Of a stretch of DNA of 64,000 nt, positions 31,904-41,482 are shown piece by piece. Every line of letters starts with the position of its first letter. Within the stretch, counting starts at the first letter, position 1. The translations under genes and the position numbers were made by a program. Source of the DNA: Nitrospira sp. (GTDB taxonomy: Bacteria > Nitrospirota > Nitrospiria > Nitrospirales > Nitrospiraceae); assembly GCA_035281245.1 (NCBI GenBank), contig DATEEH010000119.1, positions 20,385 to 84,384 of the forward strand. The letters run 5' to 3'. The notes beneath the pieces are model-generated. The model did no database searches. It was not told the origin of the DNA and saw nothing but the letters and a program-made list of their open reading frames with translations.

Positions 31904-33469
31904 ATGCAGCCCATAGAGGAAGTGGTCGAGATGAAAACACTCCATACCCTACAGTCGCTTACGGACCGGCTCCTCGAAATACAGCGCATCAACAGTGCCG
32001 CCTCTGTCCTGTCCTGGGACCAGGAGACGTATATGCCGGCAGGCGGAGGTGCGGCGCGCGCCGAACAAATTGCGACGCTTCAGGGAATCGCGCACCAGCA
32101 TCTGGTATCGGCGGAGACCGGTCGGCTCCTCGGAACGTGGCTCGATCTCGATACCGGGCTTCCTCTTGAGCAAGACGGAGAGCTTTGGGATGAGTCGTCC
32201 GGCGCGCTGCTTCGTGAAGTGTGGCGGGACTACAGCCGTGCAAAAAAACTCCCCTCCGAGTTTGTCATGCGGTTGAGCAGGGAATGTAGCCTTGCGCAAC
32301 AGGTCTGGGCCGAAGCCAAGACACAAAACAATTTCAAATCGTTTCTGCCGAATCTGCGTACGGTGTTGGCGCTCAAACAGGAGGAAGCCCACTACCTCGG
32401 ATTTGAAGGGACGCCCTACAACGCATTGCTCGATGTCTACGAGCCGGGGTCGACGGTCGCCGCATTGCGGCCGCTGTTTACGCAACTGAAAACCCGCCTC
32501 GTTCCGTTGTTGAAGCGCATCCAGCACAGTCCCATTCAGTTCGACGATACCTTCTTGTACCACGCCTACGACCAAGCCCGACAAATGGAATTTGGCCGGC
32601 TCGTGCTCATCGCCATGGGGTACGATTTCGAAAAGGGCCGATTGGATCTGTCGGCCCATCCCTTTACCACTTCCTTTCATCCCACCGACGTCCGTGTGAC
32701 CACTCGGGTCTACGAACACGACCTTCCCTCATGCCTCTTCAGTTGCATCCACGAGGGTGGCCACGGATTGTACGATCAGGGGCTTGATCCGACGCATTAC
32801 GGGACGCCGTTGGGCGAATCGGTATCCCTGGGCATCCATGAGAGCCAGTCGAGATTGTGGGAAAATTGCGTCGGCCGTTCACGAGCGTTTTGGCGATTTT
32901 TCTACCCAATTCTCCAGGCGACCTTCCATCATCAGCTGCGGGCAGTGGACATGGAACAGTTCTATGCGGTCATCAACCGGGTCAAACCCTCCTTGATTCG
33001 CGTGGAAGCGGATGAGCTGACTTACAATCTCCACATCATGTTGCGGTTCGAGATCGAGCAGGACCTCATCGAGGCCAGAACGAACCTTGACGACCTTCCC
33101 GAGATCTGGAATCACAAGATGAAGGAGTACCTGGGCATCGTGCCGTCCGCAGACGGTGAAGGCGTCTTGCAAGATGTGCATTGGTCGATGGGAGCGTTCG
33201 GATATTTTCCGACCTATACGTTGGGGAATCTCTACGCCGTGCAGTTCTACGAGCAGGCGAAACTCGAGATTCCTCACATCGAAGACGAAATCGCGGCGGG
33301 ACAGCTCATGATCCTGCGCCGTTGGCTGGCTCAGAAAATTCATCGGTGGGGCCGCATGTTCACCCCTGATCACCTGACACAACGGGTCACGGGGGTGAGC
33401 ATCAGCCCCGAGCCATTTCTACGGTATATCGAACGAAAATACGGCGAGCTCTACCAGCTAGAAAAGTGA
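31904..33469 (+). CDS. M32-family metallocarboxypeptidase (Taq-like)
   Basis: 'HEGGHGLY' HExxH site, 'HESQSRLWEN', 'IRVEADELTYNLHI'. Alternative start at ATG 31931. Confidence 0.9.
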   Translation: MQPIEEVVEMKTLHTLQSLTDRLLEIQRINSAASVLSWDQETYMPAGGGAARAEQIATLQGIAHQHLVSAETGRLLGTWLDLDTGLPLEQDGELWDESSGALLREVWRDYSRAKKLPSEFVMRLSRECSLAQQVWAEAKTQNNFKSFLPNLRTVLALKQEEAHYLGFEGTPYNALLDVYEPGSTVAALRPLFTQLKTRLVPLLKRIQHSPIQFDDTFLYHAYDQARQMEFGRLVLIAMGYDFEKGRLDLSAHPFTTSFHPTDVRVTTRVYEHDLPSCLFSCIHEGGHGLYDQGLDPTHYGTPLGESVSLGIHESQSRLWENCVGRSRAFWRFFYPILQATFHHQLRAVDMEQFYAVINRVKPSLIRVEADELTYNLHIMLRFEIEQDLIEARTNLDDLPEIWNHKMKEYLGIVPSADGEGVLQDVHWSMGAFGYFPTYTLGNLYAVQFYEQAKLEIPHIEDEIAAGQLMILRRWLAQKIHRWGRMFTPDHLTQRVTGVSISPEPFLRYIERKYGELYQLEK

Positions 33470-33521
33470 TCAGCGATGCCTCTTGTCGCTTTTCATGCAT
33501 CACGCATCATGATCACTGTCT

Positions 33522-34085
33522 TTAATAGCCCATGGCCTGGTTGAGCTTGGACATGAGCGCGGGCGGGAACGTGAACTCCGCTTGGACGTCAATTCGATGG
33601 GGCACCAAGAGCGTGGTATGGAAGACGATGTCACGGATGGGAATTTTGAATTCGGGGTCCTGCGGGGTGCTCAATTCGACCGCCTCGACCGATGAGGTAA
33701 TGGCACCGCTGTCCTGTGGACCGTAGGTCGTGATCACCGCCTTCAGAATGTCCATCACCTTTTCATTTGTCTCGATACCGGTCACTCCTTGCTCGATCAG
33801 GGGAAGGACTTCTTCTTGCGCCTGATCGGAAAGCGTGAAATTTTCCACCCGCTCTTTGCGTCGAAGTGAGGTCAAATCATTGTCCAGATCCTTGCTGAAT
33901 GCCCCGTAGGCGAACCGGAAATATTCGAAATGAAATCCCTTCAAGCCCTTGCCGAACATCTGCAACTCGGAGAGGAAACAGAGCTGTTGAAGCTTGACGT
34001 CGCTCAGCAGGCCGTGCGGTTCGGCCAGATGCAGCGCGTAGAGCAAGAGGGCGCGATCGACGGTGATCTGTTGCGGCTGACGCAT
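33522..34085 (-). CDS. Hypothetical protein (187 aa), divergent from fur
   Basis: Coding-like. 'VKLQQLCFLSELQ...FRFAYGAFSKDL' is only a weak by-eye resemblance to Panacea/SocA-like (DUF4065) domains. Confidence 0.5.
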   Translation of the reverse strand: MRQPQQITVDRALLLYALHLAEPHGLLSDVKLQQLCFLSELQMFGKGLKGFHFEYFRFAYGAFSKDLDNDLTSLRRKERVENFTLSDQAQEEVLPLIEQGVTGIETNEKVMDILKAVITTYGPQDSGAITSSVEAVELSTPQDPEFKIPIRDIVFHTTLLVPHRIDVQAEFTFPPALMSKLNQAMGY

Positions 34086-34162
34086 CGGCTGTACATCCTT
34101 CTGCAGCGGCCCCCGGCGGGCGCTGCACTATAGACAGGGCAGCACACCCCGTCAATCGCCCC

Positions 34163-34192
34163 TTGACCGAAACGGGGATTTTTGTCTTTAAT
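34163..34192 (+). promoter_or_regulatory. Candidate fur promoter
   Basis: TTGACC (34163-34168), 18-nt spacer, TTTAAT (34187-34192). GGAGG RBS at 34204-34208. Confidence 0.35.
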
Positions 34193-34216
34193 GGCCACCG
34201 GTTGGAGGCAACTGAT

Positions 34217-34654
34217 ATGGCGGCCGGGAAATTCGCGAAAGAAATGAATGTCCTGAAGGAACATTTGGGCAAGCATCAGCTGAAATTCACACGCCAGCGG
34301 GAACTCATTCTGACGGCGTTTCTCCGGCAAGAGCACATCACTGCCGAAGCGATGTACCACCAACTCGCCAAGACCGATCCCCATTTGGGGCTGGCGACCA
34401 TTTATCGAACGCTCAACTTGTTTTGCGACGCCGGCATCGCGCAGGCCAGGCATTTTGGCTCCCAAACGCAATACGACAACGTCTCCCATAAGGGCCATCA
34501 TGATCACCTGATCTGCACCGGTTGCGGGAAGATCGTCGAGTTTGAGAACTGTGAAATCGAAAAGCTGCAAGAGGAAGTTGCCTCACGCAACGGCTTCACC
34601 ATCCAGACCCACCGGCTTGAACTGTACGGTCTTTGCTCCCGCTGCCGTCATTGA
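34217..34654 (+). CDS. fur: Fur-family ferric uptake regulator
   Basis: Winged-helix 'LATIYRTLNLF'. Metal sites 'HKGHHDHLICTGCG' and 'CSRC'. ATG 34217 has a GGAGG 8 nt upstream. Confidence 0.88.
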   Translation: MAAGKFAKEMNVLKEHLGKHQLKFTRQRELILTAFLRQEHITAEAMYHQLAKTDPHLGLATIYRTLNLFCDAGIAQARHFGSQTQYDNVSHKGHHDHLICTGCGKIVEFENCEIEKLQEEVASRNGFTIQTHRLELYGLCSRCRH

Positions 34655-34685
34655 CGATCGTCCCCGCTTCTGATATCTTTTTGAG

Positions 34686-35732
34686 ATGGCTTATCAATTT
34701 CAATTACTCGCTTTTGCGGGGAGACGCCGCATGGTGCTGGTGTTCGCGTCTCTGCTCGCGCTCGTTCTCCCCTCCTTTCCCGCCGTGGGGGCGGACAAAC
34801 TGACCGTGTATTCGGGGCGATCCGAACGGCTGATCAAACCAGTGTTGGACGAGTTCACGGCGAAGACGGGCATTGGTGTGGACCTCCTCTCGTCGGGAAC
34901 CACCGAACTCGTCAACCGCCTCAAAGCGGAAGGCGATCGCACACCGGCTGATCTCTTCTTGACCAATGACGCCGGGAGCCTGGAGCAGGCTCGAGGTGCC
35001 GGCATTCTCCGCCCCTTGAACATGCGGGAAGTCGACCGGGCGATTCCACCGCAATTCCGCGCCCCCGACAACGCCTGGGTCGGTCTTTCCGGTCGGTTCT
35101 GGATCATCGTCTACAACACGACGCTGGTCAAACCGGAGGAACTCAAGTCATTGCTTGATCTCCGCGATCCCAAATGGAAAGGGAAGCTCGCCATCCCCAA
35201 TGCCGGGAGCGAATACCTGCAGGCCGGCGTATCCGTCATCCGCGCGGCCTACGGCGACGCCAAGACCACGGAGTTTCTGATCGGCCTCAAGGACAATGCC
35301 GGCGCTCAGGTCTACCAGAAGAGTTCACAAATCGTGGAGGCGGTCGCCAAGGGGCAGGCCTTGCTTGGCATCGTCAACCATTACTACATCTATCGTCATC
35401 TGGCGACGCAGCCGACGGCGCCTATCGCCGCCTTCATGCCCGATCAGCAGGAAGGCGGCATGGGCGCGATCATGAACGTCGCCGGTGTCGGCATCGTGAA
35501 GTCCACCAAGCACCTCGAATCGGCCAAGCTCCTCGTCGAATTTCTGGTGGCGCAAGCGGGCCAAAAGCTCTTCGCCGACCTCGACAAAGAGTATCCGCTG
35601 CATCCGGAGGTGAAAGCGGATCCTGCGCTGGTGGAGCGAAAGAGTTTCCGTGCCGCACAAGTGCCTCTGACAAGGCTGGCTGAATTGCGGGAGCCGACCC
35701 TCACGCTCATTGAACAGGTGGGACTTCGATAA
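34686..35732 (+). CDS. Fe(III) ABC transporter periplasmic substrate-binding protein (FbpA/AfuA-like)
   Basis: Signal peptide '...RRRMVLVFASLLALVLPSFPAVGA'. Iron-SBP-like 'VYSGRSERLIKPVLDEF', 'LFLTNDAG'. Alternative start ATG 34731 has a GGGGAG RBS. Confidence 0.85.
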   Translation: MAYQFQLLAFAGRRRMVLVFASLLALVLPSFPAVGADKLTVYSGRSERLIKPVLDEFTAKTGIGVDLLSSGTTELVNRLKAEGDRTPADLFLTNDAGSLEQARGAGILRPLNMREVDRAIPPQFRAPDNAWVGLSGRFWIIVYNTTLVKPEELKSLLDLRDPKWKGKLAIPNAGSEYLQAGVSVIRAAYGDAKTTEFLIGLKDNAGAQVYQKSSQIVEAVAKGQALLGIVNHYYIYRHLATQPTAPIAAFMPDQQEGGMGAIMNVAGVGIVKSTKHLESAKLLVEFLVAQAGQKLFADLDKEYPLHPEVKADPALVERKSFRAAQVPLTRLAELREPTLTLIEQVGLR

Positions 35733-35747
35733 GCGGACGAGGCCCAC

Positions 35748-37331
35748 GTGATCACCACTCGCTCCCAACTCACTTCGCCCTTGCAGCTCGTCACACTGGC
35801 CAGCGCCGCGCTCATCCTTCTGCCGCTCGGCTACGTCACGTCACAGGCCTTGTCGGCGGATCCCGCGGTCTGGAGTCGCCTGTGGACCACGCGCATCCCC
35901 GAGCTGTTGGGCAATACGATCTGGCTCGCCGCCAGCGTCGCCTGCTTAACGCTGGTGCTCGGCGTCTCCACCGCTTGGCTCGTCACGCGAGTGGAGCTTC
36001 CGGGACGGAGACTTTGGGAGGTGGCGCTCGTCCTCCCGCTGGCGATGCCGACCTATGTGCTGGCGTACATCTATTCGTACCTTCTCGGATTCGGCGGCCC
36101 CGTGGAGCATCTCTGGCAATTGGTGGCGGGGCCCCAAGCGCGGATCGTTTCACCTCACAGCTATCTCGGCGCCACGCTGGTCATGACCCTGGATACCTTC
36201 CCTTTCGTCTACCTGCTGAGCCGGAGCGCCCTACTTAATATGAACGTGTCGTTCGAGGAAGTCTCGCGCGCAAGCGGCGTCTCTCGCATGAAAACGTTGT
36301 GGCTGGTCACGCTTCCCCTCATGCGTCCATCCATCGCCGCCGGTCTGGCGTTGGTCGTTCTCTATGTGGTGTCTGATTTTGGCGCCGTCTCGTTGTTGCG
36401 ATATCAGACCTTGACCTACGCGGTCTTTCAACAGATGACCGGTCGGTCCGACAACACGGCGGCCAGTATCCTGAGCATCCTTCTCGTGGGATTGGCGTTG
36501 TTGTTTCTGATCACGGAACGATGGTTCCGCCATCGTAGCCGGTTTTACCAGACGACCGGACGCTATCGCCGGCCGGAGCGACACCGATATGGCTGGCTGG
36601 GGACAAGCCTGGTGACCGGCTACCTGCTGTTGGTCGTCGGTGCATCGTTCGGACTGCCGGCCTACCTCCTGGTGGTTTGGAGCCTCTCGCCGGAAGCGCA
36701 GGCCACGATCGACAGCCGCTTCTTCGCATTCTTGTGGAATAGCGGCTTTCTCGCGGCTTGTGCGGCGACCGGCGGCGTATTGATCGGCCTGCCGCTTGCC
36801 TATATGGCGAGCCGCCGTCCTAACTGGCTCAACCTGGGCTGTTTGCAAGCCGCCTATGCAGGCTACGTGCTCCCCGGCCCCGTTGCGGCGCTGGCGGTTT
36901 TGGTCCTGTGCTTGAATCTGACGCCGTTTCTGTACGGATCGGTGTTGGTCCTCATTGTGGCCTACGTGATTCATTTCCTGCCGGCAGGACTGCAATCATT
37001 GGAGCCGGCGTTGCAGCAGATCACGCCCAACCTCGAAGAAGTCGCCCGAACCCTGGGACTTGGCGTGAGACAGACGTGGCAGCGCGTGACGCTTCCGCTG
37101 ATGTGGACCGGTTTCATCGTGGCGTGGGTCCTCATGTTCCTCCAGACAATGAAAGAACTGCCCGCCACCCTGCTCTTGCGGCCGGTGGGATTCGACACCC
37201 TCGCGATTCGTGTCTGGATGGAGGCGAGCGAAGAATATTATCAGCTGGCGGCGCCGTCAGCGCTATTGATCGTGCTCCTCGGGCTCCCGACGTTGCTGTT
37301 ATTATTGTCAAAGGATTGGCGCGCGGCGTAA
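35748..37331 (+). CDS. Fe(III) ABC transporter permease, duplicated (FbpB-like)
   Basis: 527 aa with two tandem type-1 ABC TM domains (~12 TM). Confidence 0.88.
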   Translation: MITTRSQLTSPLQLVTLASAALILLPLGYVTSQALSADPAVWSRLWTTRIPELLGNTIWLAASVACLTLVLGVSTAWLVTRVELPGRRLWEVALVLPLAMPTYVLAYIYSYLLGFGGPVEHLWQLVAGPQARIVSPHSYLGATLVMTLDTFPFVYLLSRSALLNMNVSFEEVSRASGVSRMKTLWLVTLPLMRPSIAAGLALVVLYVVSDFGAVSLLRYQTLTYAVFQQMTGRSDNTAASILSILLVGLALLFLITERWFRHRSRFYQTTGRYRRPERHRYGWLGTSLVTGYLLLVVGASFGLPAYLLVVWSLSPEAQATIDSRFFAFLWNSGFLAACAATGGVLIGLPLAYMASRRPNWLNLGCLQAAYAGYVLPGPVAALAVLVLCLNLTPFLYGSVLVLIVAYVIHFLPAGLQSLEPALQQITPNLEEVARTLGLGVRQTWQRVTLPLMWTGFIVAWVLMFLQTMKELPATLLLRPVGFDTLAIRVWMEASEEYYQLAAPSALLIVLLGLPTLLLLLSKDWRAA

Positions 37332-37343
37332 CAGGCATGTCAG

Positions 37344-38474
37344 ATGAAGCCGCCACATTCACTCATGGCTGAACCCACCCTGCAAGCCGACCTGTACCGG
37401 CCGGTGTCATCAGTGCTGGAGTTGCGCGGCGTGTCTTGCGCCTATGAGGTCGGGCGCCCTGCCGTGCGCGACATCTCTTTTGCCGCTCATGAGGGAGAGA
37501 TCCTCTGTCTGTTGGGACCATCAGGCTGCGGGAAAACCACCATCCTCCGCGCCATCGCCGGATTCGAGCCCGTCCGGTCAGGCCAGATCTTTCTGTCAGG
37601 ACAACTCGTGTCATCTGCCCAAGAGATGACGCCGACCGAAGATCGTCACGTCGGCATGGTCTTTCAAGAATATGCATTGTTCCCCCATCTGCGTGTGCAG
37701 GAAAACATCGCGTTTGGCCTGCGCCGCCTGAGCCGGAGAGAGCGCAGAGTGCGCATCCAGGACATGCTGCGTCTGGTCGGCCTTGAAGGCTTCGAGCGGC
37801 GGTACCCCCATGAGTTGTCTGGTGGCCAACAGCAGCGCGTGGCTCTCGCCAGAGCGCTCGTCCAACATCCGGTGCTCTTGCTGCTGGATGAACCCTTCAG
37901 CAACTTGGATCCGGATATGGCGAGCCGGATGCGCCAGGAACTTCACGATCTGCTGCGCCGCACGAAGACGACGACGATTCTCGTCACGCACGATCACGAC
38001 GAGGCCTTTGCCATGGCGGATCGCATTGCCGTGCTGAACCAGGGCCGACTCGAGCAATTTGACACACCGGAGACGATCTACCATATGCCCGCAACTCCGT
38101 TCGTGGCGGATTTCGTCGGACAAGCCGACTTCATCCCCGGCACCGTGTCCAATGGGATGGTTCATACGGAACTCGGTGAGTTTCCGAATACGCTCGCTTG
38201 CGAGGACGGCACGGCAGTCGTCGTCATGATCAGACCGGATGACATCCATTTGGTGCCGACGAAGGGCGCCACCTCACACGTGGTCTCCCGTCAATTCAGG
38301 GGATCGGAAAATCTGTATGCGGTCAGCCTTCCCTCCGGACAAATCGTCCACAGCAGTCAGGCCTCGACGAGCGTCTACCAAGAAGGCACGCCGGTTGAAT
38401 TGCGCGTGTTGGCTTCACATACGGTGCTCTTCAAGCAGGCTGGTCCGGCGACTCACATCGAACCGGAACATTGA
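37344..38474 (+). CDS. Fe(III) ABC transporter ATP-binding protein (FbpC-like)
   Basis: 'GPSGCGKTT', 'LSGGQQQR', 'LLLDEPFSNLD', plus a C-terminal TOBE-like domain. Confidence 0.9.
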   Translation: MKPPHSLMAEPTLQADLYRPVSSVLELRGVSCAYEVGRPAVRDISFAAHEGEILCLLGPSGCGKTTILRAIAGFEPVRSGQIFLSGQLVSSAQEMTPTEDRHVGMVFQEYALFPHLRVQENIAFGLRRLSRRERRVRIQDMLRLVGLEGFERRYPHELSGGQQQRVALARALVQHPVLLLLDEPFSNLDPDMASRMRQELHDLLRRTKTTTILVTHDHDEAFAMADRIAVLNQGRLEQFDTPETIYHMPATPFVADFVGQADFIPGTVSNGMVHTELGEFPNTLACEDGTAVVVMIRPDDIHLVPTKGATSHVVSRQFRGSENLYAVSLPSGQIVHSSQASTSVYQEGTPVELRVLASHTVLFKQAGPATHIEPEH

Positions 38475-38559
38475 CAGCGGTTTTCCGCTTCTGGCAGAGT
38501 CATCAGCCAAGATCCGTCCACCCACCATTTTCGCATCAGGCATCAGAAAAGGAGCCTTC

Positions 38560-38991
38560 ATGGAGGCGCTGAACAATGCGGTAGACTACGGCATTATTGG
38601 GCTGCTCTTGGCCCTCAGTGTGTGGTCCGTTGCGATTGCGATCGAGCGCTGGCTTTACTATCGACGGATTGATCTGGCCAAATTCGCCTCTCAGCAAACG
38701 CTGGAAATTGCGCTGACGAAACGGCTGGTGGTCATCGGCACCGTGGCTGCCAATGCGCCCTATATTGGCCTCCTCGGGACAGTCCTTGGCATCATGCTCA
38801 CGTTTCACACCATGGGAACGTCGGGGACCATGGCCGTCAATACGATCATGATTGGATTGAGTCTGGCGCTGAAAGCCACCGCGGTCGGACTGCTCGTGGC
38901 CATTCCCTGCGTCGTCCTGAACAATATCCTGCGCCGGAAAGTGACCGAGTTGGTGGCGCATTATAAGGTGATGCATGGATCGCGAGCTTGA
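38560..38991 (+). CDS. exbB: MotA/TolQ/ExbB-family proton channel (short, 143 aa)
   Basis: ATG 38560 preceded by AAAAGGAG. 3 TM. 'APYIGLLGTVLGIM' family signature. Confidence 0.85.
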   Translation: MEALNNAVDYGIIGLLLALSVWSVAIAIERWLYYRRIDLAKFASQQTLEIALTKRLVVIGTVAANAPYIGLLGTVLGIMLTFHTMGTSGTMAVNTIMIGLSLALKATAVGLLVAIPCVVLNNILRRKVTELVAHYKVMHGSRA

Positions 38992-39349
38992 TCAGATCAA
39001 CGTCATTCCGCTGGTGGACGTGATGCTGGTGCTCCTTGTCATCGTGTTGACGACGGCAACTTTCATCAGCACGGGTCAGATTCCCGTCAATCTCGCGAAA
39101 GCCAAGGAAGCCGGCGACCGGAAGGACGTGCCCATCATCATCACACTCAATGCCGACGGCCTCCTCTTCGTCAACGACCGGCCGGTGACGCTGGATGGGT
39201 TGAAGGATACCCTTCGAGCGGAAACCCGTGAATCGGCAGTCGTGGTGCGGGCGGATAAAACGACATTATTGGAACGTTTTGTCTCACTCGTCGATGATGT
39301 GCGAGGGCTGGGCTTTCTACACGTGAGTCTCGAGGTGGTTCGGCTCTGA
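38975..39349 (+). CDS. exbD: ExbD/TolR-family biopolymer transport protein
   Basis: 'INVIPLVDVMLVLLVIVL' TM plus a periplasmic domain. 17-nt overlap with exbB. Confidence 0.88.
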   Translation: MDRELDQINVIPLVDVMLVLLVIVLTTATFISTGQIPVNLAKAKEAGDRKDVPIIITLNADGLLFVNDRPVTLDGLKDTLRAETRESAVVVRADKTTLLERFVSLVDDVRGLGFLHVSLEVVRL

Positions 39350-39418
39350 TCGTTGGTGAAAGCGGTGCAACCGCCGCCAACTGACGAGCCGAAGGGTCAA
39401 AAGACGATGCGACCTCTC

Positions 39419-39724
39419 TTAGCAGGACACTTGTTGCCAATCACGTAGCACATTGTGTCTGTCAAAGGTGAGCTGATAGGCGTGACATGACTCCCCTCTC
39501 GCGATGCCCGTATAACCAACCGTCCCGCTGCTTCGCTTGAAGTACGTCCATCGCGCCTGGTCTCCTTCAAGCTCTTCGATCTTATGAGGGGCGCCATAAC
39601 GTTTACTCACATGGTCCGTGGTCACCTCGTTGATCTTTTTTCTGAAATATTCACCCTCGTCTGAGCACGAGAGTATTCCTCCGAGCAATGCCGACGCTGT
39701 AAGCACCAACAACATTCGTCTCAT
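39419..39724 (-). CDS. Small lipoprotein (101 aa), function unknown
   Basis: Lipobox 'GGILSC'. ATGA start/stop overlap with apbE. Confidence 0.55.
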   Translation of the reverse strand: MRRMLLVLTASALLGGILSCSDEGEYFRKKINEVTTDHVSKRYGAPHKIEELEGDQARWTYFKRSSGTVGYTGIARGESCHAYQLTFDRHNVLRDWQQVSC

Positions 39725-40767
39725 GGCTGTTGTCCCTTTAGTAAACGATCAGACGGAATACCAACGCGATTCCGCAGGCCGGATGAAATGAGCAGACGTC
39801 CTGCATTGTCGACAATAATGGCCTCAACATCTTCTAAGTGCTCGACTAATTCCATCCCCCGCTTGGCTCCCAGAACAAAAATCCCCGTATCCAACCCATC
39901 CGCCCATACCCCTTCTTTGGCAATCACGGTCACGCTTTGACATCCCTGTGCTGGCTGCAGTGTATTCGGGTCTAAAATGTGATGATAGCGTATGCCGTCT
40001 TTTTCAAAGAACCGTTCGTAATCTCCGGCGGTCGAAATGGCCTCGTCATGCAACGTGATTTCCGCAAGAATTTCGCCCTCCTTCCTGGGATGCCGGATCT
40101 CGACTGGAAATGCCCCAACATCCGGCAACCAGCCGAATGTCTTGATATCTCCCGACAGGGCCACAACCCCGGCTAGGGCCCCGCTCTTCTTCATGACGCT
40201 GACGGCTTGGTCGGCAGCATAGCCTTTGCCGATACCACCCACGTCGATTCGCATACCGGGTTTTTCAAGAAAAATTGTCCGCTCCCAGACGTCCGTTTGA
40301 ATGTGCTGTAGATCCACCAACGGCTTGAGCGCGGCTAATTCTTCAGCAGTCGGGAGTCGAGGTTCGGCCGAAATATTCCATGCATCGACGGCCGGGCCAA
40401 TGGCAATGTTGAACGCTCCTTCGGTCATTTCGGCGACTTGCAGCGATTTTCTGACGACCGTCATCGTCTCAGGACTCACGCGAACGGCGGTTCGGCCCGC
40501 CGCCGCGTTCACGCGGGAGAGTTCGCTGGCGGGGATCCAGGTGCTCAGCAATTGCTCAAGACGCTTCACCTCCTCAAAGCCAGCCATGATAGCGGTGTTT
40601 GCCTCGTCGGTCGTCCGAGCGACGGCGGTGATCGAAACCAGCGTGCCCATATGCACCTGTGCCCGTTTGACTGTCACCAATGAAGTGCCGGAAGATCCGG
40701 CTTTGACGCAGGACAGGACGGCCAAGGGCAGACAGGTGACAAGCAATATGATGACTTGACGATTCAC
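39721..40767 (-). CDS. apbE: FAD:protein FMN transferase (ApbE family), lipoprotein
   Basis: Lipobox 'AVLSC'. 'IDVGGIGKGYAAD', 'ISTAGDYERFF'. GTG start at 40767 chosen because the longer ORF overlaps the upstream gene. Confidence 0.88.
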   Translation of the reverse strand: MNRQVIILLVTCLPLAVLSCVKAGSSGTSLVTVKRAQVHMGTLVSITAVARTTDEANTAIMAGFEEVKRLEQLLSTWIPASELSRVNAAAGRTAVRVSPETMTVVRKSLQVAEMTEGAFNIAIGPAVDAWNISAEPRLPTAEELAALKPLVDLQHIQTDVWERTIFLEKPGMRIDVGGIGKGYAADQAVSVMKKSGALAGVVALSGDIKTFGWLPDVGAFPVEIRHPRKEGEILAEITLHDEAISTAGDYERFFEKDGIRYHHILDPNTLQPAQGCQSVTVIAKEGVWADGLDTGIFVLGAKRGMELVEHLEDVEAIIVDNAGRLLISSGLRNRVGIPSDRLLKGQQP

Positions 40768-40777
40768 GTGGGAAATT

Positions 40778-41389
40778 TCACCACCAATGGCGACGAAAAT
40801 ACCGTGGGACTCGGGGATAAGGCATGACTTCAAAAAGGCGCGTTCGCACTTGTGGTGGATTCGGCAACACCGTAGCCACGACACGCCCATCCAAAGATGC
40901 GTTGTTCAGAGAGAGTGTTTCGAGCGCTTCTGCTCGGTCTTCTTCGTCATTCACCATGGAAACGGATACCATACGACCATATTGAGGAGCATCGATGCCG
41001 AAGTGCCAGACTCCAAGATAGGTGACCGGATCTGGTCCAATGGAAAATGTCGAACTCAGTTCTGCAATCGACAAAAATGGACCTTCATTAATTTGAACGC
41101 GGGTTAATTCATACTCGCCAGGTGCAAGAGACACAATGAATCGCTCATCATCCGACTGTATATCAACCGTAAAGCGCTCTTTGGTCTGCCGATTCTCCAC
41201 CTCAAAGAATCGGACGGATGGCTCGTACTTCCTGCCCCGCTCCCCCGTCAGCACGGCACGCACGCGCCCAACAGTAACAGCAGCCTGCGCAATCTCCTCC
41301 TGAGGCACCGCAGCAAGTTCCTTGACACAGGCCGATAGCAGCATGAGCGACGCTAGACCGACACACCATGTCCATGACAACCGAACCAT
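40778..41389 (-). CDS. Lipoprotein (203 aa), function unknown; first gene of the apbE operon
   Basis: Lipobox 'MLLSAC'. Beta-rich mature part, ends 'RRHWW'. I recognise no motif. Confidence 0.55.
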   Translation of the reverse strand: MVRLSWTWCVGLASLMLLSACVKELAAVPQEEIAQAAVTVGRVRAVLTGERGRKYEPSVRFFEVENRQTKERFTVDIQSDDERFIVSLAPGEYELTRVQINEGPFLSIAELSSTFSIGPDPVTYLGVWHFGIDAPQYGRMVSVSMVNDEEDRAEALETLSLNNASLDGRVVATVLPNPPQVRTRLFEVMPYPRVPRYFRRHWW

Positions 41390-41440
41390 GGTTGATTATA
41401 CGGCACCCCCCGGAGTCAGCAGGACTCTTACGGCCACCTA

Positions 41441-41469
41441 TTGACAGTATAAAAGCGCGACGCTATACT
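41441..41469 (+). promoter_or_regulatory. Near-consensus sigma70 promoter of the com-porin-FMN operon
   Basis: TTGACA (41441-41446), exactly 17 nt, TATACT (41464-41469). Confidence 0.6.
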
Positions 41470-41482
41470 CGTCGACGATTTT

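Noticed and set aside
38239-38559. N-terminal extension of the ExbB ORF (250-aa version)
   Set aside because: The extension overlaps the fbpC 3' end by more than 230 nt and is Arg/Ser-rich. ATG 38560 has an AAAAGGAG RBS and begins the first TM segment.
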